Notes under the pieces: generated by a model
Seen by the model: only the letters and a program-made list of their open reading frames with translations
What the model was told of the DNA's origin: nothing
The model's database searches: none
Shown here: positions 56,419-64,000 of the stretch, one piece after another
How the letters are laid out: each line of letters starts with the position of its first letter
How positions within the stretch are numbered: the first letter of the stretch is position 1
IMG/VR virus record: IMGVR_UViG_3300043411_000942
Coordinates: 124,001 to 188,000 of that record
Direction: 5' to 3' (one strand)
DNA: 64,000 nucleotides
Translations under genes and position numbers: made by a program

Positions 56419-58286
56419 CTGCTAGTCCCCTAGATGAGTGGGTTGTCATCGAGCTAAGTGCTCAAGGGGAAGAGGAGGACCCGGATACTATCCTACAGGC
56501 CATACGACGGCTCCTAAAGAGGGAGGTAGAGATTTTCCTTCCGGTGTCTATACGTACTTCCGGAGACAGTAGGGTCGTTCACAAGCTAATTGACAATTAT
56601 GTCTTCGTTCGACGAACTCTACCCGATACAGCGTACCTGAGGTTGGAGGGGACACGGTATATCGACTCAGTCCTCACTAGCAACAAGTCGACTGGCACAT
56701 CAAGAAAAATTACTGGAGTGCGCAACTCTGACATAGAGAAGATGCGACGTCAGATCCATGTGGAGTGCGAACAGGGGATCAATGTTGGGGATGAGGTCCA
56801 GATTACTGGGGGCGCTTACCGCAATATTGTAGGTAAGGTGATAGAGGACATCCCAGAAACAGAGTCCGTTCAAGTTCACATTCAGCTAAGGTCAAAGGAG
56901 GCGATTGTCACACTCCCTCGATCGTTCCTAAGATTTGTCGCTAAGGGTCAGCAGCAAGCAAGCTCAGACTTTGCCCCTTTCGCCAACAAATTGACCCGCA
57001 TTAGGGACTGGATTGAAGGGCTAAGGCCACTTGCTATCGTGCCCGGTAAAGTCTCACCTTTACTTGAGTGCTACGTAAGATGGCGGAGGCTAACTCAATG
57101 GTGGACCTCCCACCAGAGCCTGAAGTTCGATCCAAACCAGCTCCTACGTGGTACCAATCTCTTAGAGACTCAAATCCTATCTAAGTTGGAGGTACTTAGG
57201 CAGCAAGTAGCACTTACGCGCAGTCGTCCTTTCTTTGAGCTTGTGGCTATTAGCAAGGGCTTAGAGCGCGCAGACAACGTGAGGAGTAAGTTGTCCGCTA
57301 CCTTAGGTAAGGTGCGGCAACTCCAGCGACTGCACCAAAGATTGGCTGCGATTAACAGTGAAGTTCGATGGCTAGAGGCTAGCCTGTTGGGTAAAGGTAG
57401 ACATATGGTACAGAATGTAGTCGTAGATGGACTTAACTTGGCGTATCGAGTTTACTATGCGTACGCAGCTTCCCGAGGATATATGGCCCCTGCAACTGAG
57501 GGTACAGTCCTGGCTCAAACCTTCCTCAAGAGTCTAGCTAGCCTTAGAAAGAAGTTCGATCGCGCCAATATCTATGTCGTGTGGGATGGCTCTTCTCAGT
57601 ACCGAAGAGGGTTGTTCTCGGACTACAAGAAGGGTAGATCCTCCCCACCATGGAAAGAATCCGAGATGCAAAGTCTCAGAGAGGTTCTGTCCGGACTAAA
57701 GGTGCAACAAGTCTGTAACCCTACAGAGGAGGCGGATGACGTGATTGCTTGCCTGGTAAGAGGTCCTCTCAAAGGTCAAGCAAACGTCATTGTGTCCACA
57801 GACCGAGACTTCCTACAGCTTGTCACCCACTCCGACTTGTTGCTGGTCCCAAAGCAAGGAGCACGAGCAGAGCTTTTGTACGACCGGGATAAGGTAGTGT
57901 CGGAATTTGGCCTGGCCCCAGAGAGACTCAACCAGTACAAGGCGTTCTGTGGGGACAAGTCCGACAACCTTCCTGGAGTTCCACGCGTACCGAAGAAGGT
58001 ATTCGTCGACCTAATCAATACTTTCCACGACGTCGAAAGTATCTTCGCATCTAGCCTGTCCAACTTGACTGTCAAACAGTGTGCGCAAATGCGAGGTTCC
58101 GAGGCTCAGGTGAAGTTGAACCTACACCTGGTCACGCTACGCTCTGACCTAACCTTTGAATACTTCCCTGAGTTGACGCCAGATGAGACTGAGGGAGTAC
58201 TGACACGACATGGCGTCTCTACTACCCTAGCAAGCAGTGTGCGGCGTAAGTCAGGGTTCGAAAAGTTCGGTACCTCTAACCCATAG
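56415..58286 (+). CDS. NusG-like (NGN+KOW) domain fused to 5'-3' exonuclease
   Basis: EIFLP..IDNYVFV, VGDEVQITGGAY; then VDGLNL, VWDG, EADDVI, STDRD, GDKSDNLPGVP. Confidence 0.85.
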   Translation: MTASPLDEWVVIELSAQGEEEDPDTILQAIRRLLKREVEIFLPVSIRTSGDSRVVHKLIDNYVFVRRTLPDTAYLRLEGTRYIDSVLTSNKSTGTSRKITGVRNSDIEKMRRQIHVECEQGINVGDEVQITGGAYRNIVGKVIEDIPETESVQVHIQLRSKEAIVTLPRSFLRFVAKGQQQASSDFAPFANKLTRIRDWIEGLRPLAIVPGKVSPLLECYVRWRRLTQWWTSHQSLKFDPNQLLRGTNLLETQILSKLEVLRQQVALTRSRPFFELVAISKGLERADNVRSKLSATLGKVRQLQRLHQRLAAINSEVRWLEASLLGKGRHMVQNVVVDGLNLAYRVYYAYAASRGYMAPATEGTVLAQTFLKSLASLRKKFDRANIYVVWDGSSQYRRGLFSDYKKGRSSPPWKESEMQSLREVLSGLKVQQVCNPTEEADDVIACLVRGPLKGQANVIVSTDRDFLQLVTHSDLLLVPKQGARAELLYDRDKVVSEFGLAPERLNQYKAFCGDKSDNLPGVPRVPKKVFVDLINTFHDVESIFASSLSNLTVKQCAQMRGSEAQVKLNLHLVTLRSDLTFEYFPELTPDETEGVLTRHGVSTTLASSVRRKSGFEKFGTSNP

Positions 58287-58432
58287 CATTCCACGTAGAT
58301 TGGTGGAGTATCTGGAGATTATAGACGATTAGCTAATTTTGGTTGGATCTTTTGGGTGTGTTGTGGCAGAGTTACCTCTAGTAGCTTTGAGTGGGTACCT
58401 TTGTGCCTTGCTCGTTACAAGAGGTCTAAACC

Positions 58433-59050
58433 ATGGCAGACGGATATCTTATCCTTGTAGACCCGACCGAGTTAGCTAATCGATTCTCCACTCAGCCAAA
58501 GGAATTTGAGGAGGAAGAAGAGCCCGAAGTAGGCACTAGTATGACTCTGAGCTATGAGAGTCAGATTCAGCCTCTACTAGACCGGATCCCTAAAAGGGAG
58601 GCGGATCTCATGGAGTTGTACTACATGCAAAAGAAACGGCAGGCGGACCTTGCCGAGATCTTTGGGGTGACTCAAGCTGCAATCAGCTATAGGTTGAACC
58701 GAGGATTGCAGAGAATTAGGTTCCTGTTGTCGATCCCAACCCTTAGCGAAGATGGGTTACGTCAGGACCTCCCAGAGGTGCCCTTCAAGCCGACTGACGT
58801 CAACATCCTTGTGGGTATGTGGCAAACAACCTGCCAGTCTGAAGTAGCTTCCAAGTTAGGCCTAACTCAAGGTAGAGTTAGGCATCGTTTTTTTGGGGCT
58901 GTAGTAGTCCTAGAGAAGAGGGCTGCGGAGGACCCTAAGTTCGTCCCCTATTCCAAAGTCTTCAGTTCCATTGCGAATAAAAATTTCAACGTGCTCAGGG
59001 AGGTGCGTCTACCCCAATGGCAGGGGCGTGGTGGAGATGGCTGTTTTTAA
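58433..59050 (+). CDS. sigma-factor-like protein with two region-4 HTH motifs
   Basis: QADLAEIFGVTQAAISYRL and QSEVASKLGLTQGRVRHR. Confidence 0.72.
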   Translation: MADGYLILVDPTELANRFSTQPKEFEEEEEPEVGTSMTLSYESQIQPLLDRIPKREADLMELYYMQKKRQADLAEIFGVTQAAISYRLNRGLQRIRFLLSIPTLSEDGLRQDLPEVPFKPTDVNILVGMWQTTCQSEVASKLGLTQGRVRHRFFGAVVVLEKRAAEDPKFVPYSKVFSSIANKNFNVLREVRLPQWQGRGGDGCF

Positions 59051-59135
59051 GGTGGTTTCCAGGTACACTAGGCACTACTGGTAAATGTTTTGAATTTGAG
59101 TTGCCAAGGCTAAGGAAGTCTGGTATGCTCCACCC

Positions 59136-60236
59136 ATGAATGTGAAACATGGGTATAGTAAACGACCTGAATATGCCTGTTGGTTGCAACTTAAAGCTAG
59201 GTGCTTAGACCAAAACCATCGAATGTACCCAAATTACGGGGGGCGTGGTATTACGGTTTACGAGCCTTGGGTTCATGACTTTCAAGCGTTCTTTGATTAC
59301 GTTGGAGTACGGCCCTCCGCGAAACACTCTTTGGATAGACTTGATAACAACTCAGGGTACTTACCTGGTAACCTAGCCTGGCGGACTCAACAGGAGCAGT
59401 TACGTAATCGTCGTTCCTTTGGGAGTGGGTTGAAGACCTCTCCTCGCAACCCAAACAGAACTACTAACTTTAAGCATGGGATGATTCACACCTCAGAGTA
59501 CGCCTCTTGGTCAACGATGAAAGACCGATGTCTTAACCGTAACTCAAGTAATTACCCTCGTTGGGGAGCCCGTGGGATTAAGGTTTACGAGCCTTGGGTT
59601 CACGACTTTCAAGCCTTCTACACCTACCTTGGGCCAAAACCATCCCCGCAACACTCCCTCGATCGGTTCCCCAATCCAGATGGTAACTACGAGCCTGGTA
59701 ACGTTCGTTGGGCATCCAAGACTGAGCAGAGTCAAAACCGACGACCAACGATTACCGGACCTACTCACGGTAATTTTGACCACGGTTACACGGGCACCCC
59801 AGAATACAAGACCTGGACGAGCATCAAGACCAGGTGCTTCAACGAAAAGCACGACCGGTATGTCTCCTACGGTGGAGCTGGCATCACGATGTGTCAGCGA
59901 TGGAAGAGCAGTTTCCCTGCCTTCTTTGAGGACCTTGGGTCGAAGCCAACCTCAGAGCATAACATCCTCCGAGAGAGCCAAGAGGGGCATTACTCTTGTG
60001 GTGGATGTGTGGAGTGCCTTGAAAATGGCTGGAAGCTCAATGCGCGTTGGGCTACACGAACCGAAGTTAACCAAAACCGCCGTCCTTCTACGAGGTCCGG
60101 TAAGCTCACTTTAGAGAAGGTGCAAGACATCCGTGCTCGTATCCTTAAAGGTGAGACGCACAAGCAACTCGCTGAAGTGTTTATGGTGGGCGTTACCTTG
60201 ATTGGAAAGATAGCTAGACATGAAATCTGGCTTTAG
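59136..60236 (+). CDS. HNH-type endonuclease with three tandem domains
   Basis: three HG..EY..W...K.RC...YGG.GI...W..F units; C-terminal HTH. Confidence 0.82.
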   Translation: MNVKHGYSKRPEYACWLQLKARCLDQNHRMYPNYGGRGITVYEPWVHDFQAFFDYVGVRPSAKHSLDRLDNNSGYLPGNLAWRTQQEQLRNRRSFGSGLKTSPRNPNRTTNFKHGMIHTSEYASWSTMKDRCLNRNSSNYPRWGARGIKVYEPWVHDFQAFYTYLGPKPSPQHSLDRFPNPDGNYEPGNVRWASKTEQSQNRRPTITGPTHGNFDHGYTGTPEYKTWTSIKTRCFNEKHDRYVSYGGAGITMCQRWKSSFPAFFEDLGSKPTSEHNILRESQEGHYSCGGCVECLENGWKLNARWATRTEVNQNRRPSTRSGKLTLEKVQDIRARILKGETHKQLAEVFMVGVTLIGKIARHEIWL

Positions 60237-60247
60237 AGGTAGCATCC

Positions 60248-60373
60248 ATGCCTACAATCTGGCGTATTGTCCACAACGTAGTTGCTCACCCCCTCTTGGA
60301 ACTTCTACCCACTAGCTGGGGGAGTTCGTTTCATGATTGGACCGCCCACAAAGCGTGGGGCAGGGAGGAGTAG
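60248..60373 (+). CDS. small His-rich protein (41 aa)
   Basis: GAGGT RBS; VHNVVAHPL...FHDWTA. Confidence 0.5.
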   Translation: MPTIWRIVHNVVAHPLLELLPTSWGSSFHDWTAHKAWGREE

Positions 60374-60374
60374 G

Positions 60375-60770
60375 TTAAAGGTACTTCAGCGCCAAGCCGT
60401 TGATCAGGATGTGCATCAGGTTGTCCGTGATAATCATTAACCACACTGCCATCCAAACAGGCTTTTCTGGGCCGTAACCAGTGGCTTTACACGTCTCCCA
60501 GGAAGAGGGCCACCCCGTCCTTGGTGCGATAAAGTTCTTGATCCAGCAGATATACCTTGCAAGCCGCCAACGGTCGATAACAAAGTGGGTAGTTAGGATG
60601 ACGGCCAGTGCAGGTATGCTGCGAGTTACGGCTAAGAACGGGATAGTGTACGTTACTACATGAGCAAAGGCGGCTAAAGAGCGTTTCGTTTTTTCTGTAG
60701 CCATCCAATCGCTTTGAAAAACGTAGTCCCCAATGGCGTGAGCAATGAGTTGGTCGGTAGAGATGAGCAT
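60375..60770 (-). CDS. DUF3307 membrane protein
   Basis: AHAIGDYVFQSDWMA..K, H..TY, THFVIDR, DNLMH. Confidence 0.85.
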   Translation of the reverse strand: MLISTDQLIAHAIGDYVFQSDWMATEKTKRSLAAFAHVVTYTIPFLAVTRSIPALAVILTTHFVIDRWRLARYICWIKNFIAPRTGWPSSWETCKATGYGPEKPVWMAVWLMIITDNLMHILINGLALKYL

Positions 60771-60866
60771 GTTTGTAGGTACCCTAGCTTCATAGTTGAG
60801 TCAAGCTCGTATTGAGGTAGGGGTTGTTGAGGTTCCTTTTATGCTATTCTTGTTAAGAGGGACCCT

Positions 60867-61772
60867 GTGCCACTTATCTCAAACTTAAGGTACCACGACT
60901 ACCAGTTTGAATTGCCTGTTTCCAGTGGGAAATGGAAGTGGGTAACTCGACTTGACGTGTCGCAGTCCAGTCCAGCCTTCTACATTAGGGATGTGATCTC
61001 TCCCTACGGGTTGCTGCGAGACTCGATTCCTATCCCTGGGGAAGTTGTCCAGTCGATGGCTCAGTCCATCCAAGACCTTAAGGACAACTTCAAGCCACAC
61101 ATCCTTGTAGGACCTCCAACCTCCTTGACCTTTTTGGTCGATGAGGGTCGGGGGACCTCCTTGCCTCAGACTCTCATTCTCACGAATGATGGAGTTTACG
61201 GTTCGCTACTTGGGATGAGCTTGACTCCGTCAGCTGCTTACGTGAGAGTGACTCCAGGTAGTGTGGGTAACCTAGCGTTCAACGCGTCAGGTCAGATCTC
61301 TGTGGACGTAAACTCCACCAACCTACTATCAGCGAACTCTCCTTATGCTGAGAGCATCACAATTCAGGACTCGACGGCAACAAATAGTCCTCGTAATCTT
61401 CCGATTACCATTGTGGTTAGACCCAAAGCTACAATCCAGGTAACGCCAAGCCTACTCTTCACCTTTACGGTAGCTAAGCCGCTTACTGGGGACTTCCCAG
61501 CTATCCCAGCGCAAACCTTTAACGTGGCCAATATCGGCCTTACCGGGTCGGTACTAGAGTACACGGTCAAGAAACTCTTAGGTCTCTCGGATTGGCTACC
61601 GAGCTTCCTACCCTCTTCTGGTACCCTAACTACCGTAACCTCTGATACGGTTACGGTAACGGTAGCTCCAGCGAGTACGTTATTGGTTGGTACCTATACC
61701 GAGAAGTTGCGTGTTGCTGGGTATAGCTCAAATTCGTACGTCGACGTTGAGATCCGTCTTGTGATTGTGTGA
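60867..61772 (+). CDS. putative virion protein with Ig/BACON-like repeats
   Basis: beta-rich repeats PTSLTF...N.G, after late-type motif. Confidence 0.65.
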   Translation: MPLISNLRYHDYQFELPVSSGKWKWVTRLDVSQSSPAFYIRDVISPYGLLRDSIPIPGEVVQSMAQSIQDLKDNFKPHILVGPPTSLTFLVDEGRGTSLPQTLILTNDGVYGSLLGMSLTPSAAYVRVTPGSVGNLAFNASGQISVDVNSTNLLSANSPYAESITIQDSTATNSPRNLPITIVVRPKATIQVTPSLLFTFTVAKPLTGDFPAIPAQTFNVANIGLTGSVLEYTVKKLLGLSDWLPSFLPSSGTLTTVTSDTVTVTVAPASTLLVGTYTEKLRVAGYSSNSYVDVEIRLVIV

Positions 61773-61778
61773 GGGACT

Positions 61779-62048
61779 ATGACTAAGAACTTCGACCTAG
61801 GTCAATTTCAGGTGCAAGGTGCTACAGGATTCGATGCCTTCTTCTCTCGCGAGGGGGCTCAGATCGTCACCCCTACTCACCGTCGAAAAGTAGCCTCTAT
61901 CCAAGATCTCAAAGAGTTCATACGAGTGGGGGCAGACCAGCTGATCCACAAGTCTGAGCGAGACTTGTGGTCAATCAAAAAAGAGGGGGATGGAAGTCTC
62001 TCGATTGAGCGCCAGTTTGACGACAACGGACAACCTCTAAAGTTTTAA
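61779..62048 (+). CDS. hypothetical protein
   Basis: LIHKSERDLWSI; GAGG RBS. Confidence 0.7.
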   Translation: MTKNFDLGQFQVQGATGFDAFFSREGAQIVTPTHRRKVASIQDLKEFIRVGADQLIHKSERDLWSIKKEGDGSLSIERQFDDNGQPLKF

Positions 62049-62061
62049 GGTACCCACCAAG

Positions 62062-63390
62062 ATGGATGTCCGCAAGAAAGTTCGAGTAATCCTAGCACGG
62101 GAGGAAGCTGAAAACCCGCTTCCTCCAGAGGAGACGTCGTTTGTGGGTAGTGGGAAAAGAGACATTCCCCCTAAGCACAAGTTCGACCCCAAGGCTCTTA
62201 AGCCCCTCTCTAGGACCCTACTTTCTGCTAGCGTTGCGCTTGGGCACTCTGTCACAGCCTTCAAAGAGTTCACTCGAATCAAGTCATCTAGTATCTCTCC
62301 AGATGGTAAGCTTGGGGGTCGGGGTTACGTACTAGAGGTGAAGGACGTACGAGCGAAGTTGCAACAAGCTTGTGAGCTACTGTCTTCCGTGACAGATACG
62401 ATGTTCGATGAGATCAACGCCCCACATTGGACTCCGAGCCTTGGGGAGTTGGATGTGAATGAGGCTGAGGATATCACGGAGCTAGTGGAGGAGGCTGGGG
62501 AGGTTCTGGAGGACCCCGAGAAAGCTGGAGAGAAGGACCTAGACGCCATAGAGAGTAAGAATGATGGGCCTGGAGGGTCATCCAAGAGCACTCTGTGGAA
62601 AGATACAGAGAAGGGTAAGGCCTCAGAGGTACCCAATGGGGGAGCCAAGGAGCAGGGAACTCAAGCAAGACCGTTCGGTCAAGTGAAGCAAGCCAATAGC
62701 TCTCTTCCCGTAGACACTCTTCCTGGCCCTAGGGTAAACCACTTGGACCGTGGAGACCAGTTGGGACCAGAAGGGTCCTATAATCGAGATGAGCCCCTCG
62801 TTGAGGACGCTTGGGGGATGTCGAGCACCCTAGAGCCTATCTACGGGGAGAAGTGGGCTACCGGAGATGCCTGGGGAGAGGCTGCCATCCCTGACGGTAA
62901 CGATGGCGTAGCTACAGACGCAAATGACTTTGGGCTAGGGTTTGGGGCTAAGGGTCAAGGTTCTGGGGGTTACGGAGTTACAGCTCCAGACGGGCGAGGA
63001 GTTTGGGGGCCTTCTAGTGACCTCCCTCAAGACTTGGGAGCCCCTACAACAGCCCCACAAAACGCTCCTTATCTAAATGAGAGTGGGCGGAACGTTTGGG
63101 CGTCAAGTGATGCTTGGGGTGTTGCGAAGCTTCCTACGGACAGTCCTGTTGCACGGTCTGATTACTACGATGGGGACAAGGGTGGGAATCAGTTCAACGT
63201 TCTAACAGGAGACTCTCAGCTACCTGGACAGGATGTCTCTTTCAAAGTAGATGTCAATCTACCTAACGTGGGCTACTCTTATGAGCACCAAGACGTCCCA
63301 TACGCTAAGTACGACTCTAGTACGCACTCTCATCGCCACGATCAACAAGACTTGTGGAATGACGAAAACTTTGATAGGGTAGGTAAGTAA
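62062..63390 (+). CDS. hypothetical (putative virion) protein
   Basis: 442 aa, Gly/Asp-rich C-terminal half. Confidence 0.7.
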   Translation: MDVRKKVRVILAREEAENPLPPEETSFVGSGKRDIPPKHKFDPKALKPLSRTLLSASVALGHSVTAFKEFTRIKSSSISPDGKLGGRGYVLEVKDVRAKLQQACELLSSVTDTMFDEINAPHWTPSLGELDVNEAEDITELVEEAGEVLEDPEKAGEKDLDAIESKNDGPGGSSKSTLWKDTEKGKASEVPNGGAKEQGTQARPFGQVKQANSSLPVDTLPGPRVNHLDRGDQLGPEGSYNRDEPLVEDAWGMSSTLEPIYGEKWATGDAWGEAAIPDGNDGVATDANDFGLGFGAKGQGSGGYGVTAPDGRGVWGPSSDLPQDLGAPTTAPQNAPYLNESGRNVWASSDAWGVAKLPTDSPVARSDYYDGDKGGNQFNVLTGDSQLPGQDVSFKVDVNLPNVGYSYEHQDVPYAKYDSSTHSHRHDQQDLWNDENFDRVGK

Positions 63391-63391
63391 C

Positions 63392-64000
63392 ATGACTGAT
63401 CTAGGTGACATTTCTGACCTCCTAAAGGAGGGTTCGGTATCGGACCTTGATTGGCTCGACGTTAACGAAAAAGACTACCGAGCTTTGGACACCCTACCTA
63501 AGCAGAATCTCGATATAGCTCCTGACTTAGAGGCTATGTGGGCACATGAGGATAAGCCTGCAACAAACTACCTCGTCCCAAATACTGGAGCACCTCGGAC
63601 CCTAAGTGACTTGAGCGAAGCTCATATCAAGAGTGCGTCGGTACCTCAAGTTGCCAAGGTGGCTCGATTTGCAATCATGCAGTCGACAAACGCCAATAAG
63701 ATTGCACATGCCATCACCTCCAGGTTCGATGCAGGTACAATTCTAGTAGCCAAAAGCGCCTTAGGTCAAGTCCTACAGGAAAAAGGCTTGCTAGGTGGGT
63801 ACTACATTGCGGCATCTGACTTTGATGGGTGTAACCAAGCCGCTCAGAAGGTAGTCGCCTTTACTCGTAAGTTTGCAGGTGGGGCTAGATTCGTACTAGC
63901 CAAGGACAAGTGCCAAGGCTGCGTACACAATGCTGGCGGAGCTTGTGGTGTTTTCCAGAAGCAGTTGGTCACTGAGGTTCCCTACACGGAAGAGCTTGCA
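63392..64000 (+). CDS. hypothetical protein (runs off window)
   Basis: open frame MTDLGDISDLLKEGSVSDLDWLDV... to the end of the window. Confidence 0.7.
   Translation, partial: MTDLGDISDLLKEGSVSDLDWLDVNEKDYRALDTLPKQNLDIAPDLEAMWAHEDKPATNYLVPNTGAPRTLSDLSEAHIKSASVPQVAKVARFAIMQSTNANKIAHAITSRFDAGTILVAKSALGQVLQEKGLLGGYYIAASDFDGCNQAAQKVVAFTRKFAGGARFVLAKDKCQGCVHNAGGACGVFQKQLVTEVPYTEELA

Overview
This window looks like part of a large (jumbo) bacteriophage genome. The host is probably a myxobacterium (inference from a Polyangiaceae-style lipoprotein and a Myxococcota-like sigma-region-4 protein). 1-3.2 kb: Ku (runs off the left edge, missing from the ORF track), a GHKL ATPase-HExxH protein and small genes. 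3.7-28.7 kb: a + strand RNA island with about 55 tRNA or tRNA-like genes covering all 20 amino acids, a tmRNA, many unexplained structured RNAs, several HNH endonucleases and small ORFs. Two protein-plus-RNA modules sit inside this island. (i) An operon encoding a Ro/TROVE-like vWA protein, an E2-like protein, an L7/L12-CTD protein, JAB, Ubl and E1, followed directly by five Y-RNA-like tRNA mimics. These share one internal-loop motif that recurs in the operon's own leader. (ii) A conserved helical protein followed by a ~450-nt RNA containing two circularly permuted tRNA modules. 29-59 kb: GroEL, a DNA methyltransferase, a bacterial-type clamp loader and clamp, class II RNR, RecD2, SSB-like, RuvC-like, RecA, split SbcC with SbcD, primase, a NusG-5'3' exonuclease fusion and a sigma-like gene. 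From 60.8 kb: the start of a probable virion module. Two recurrent promoter-like motifs were read from the intergenic DNA. All calls come from reading motifs and base-pairing by eye; no searches were run.
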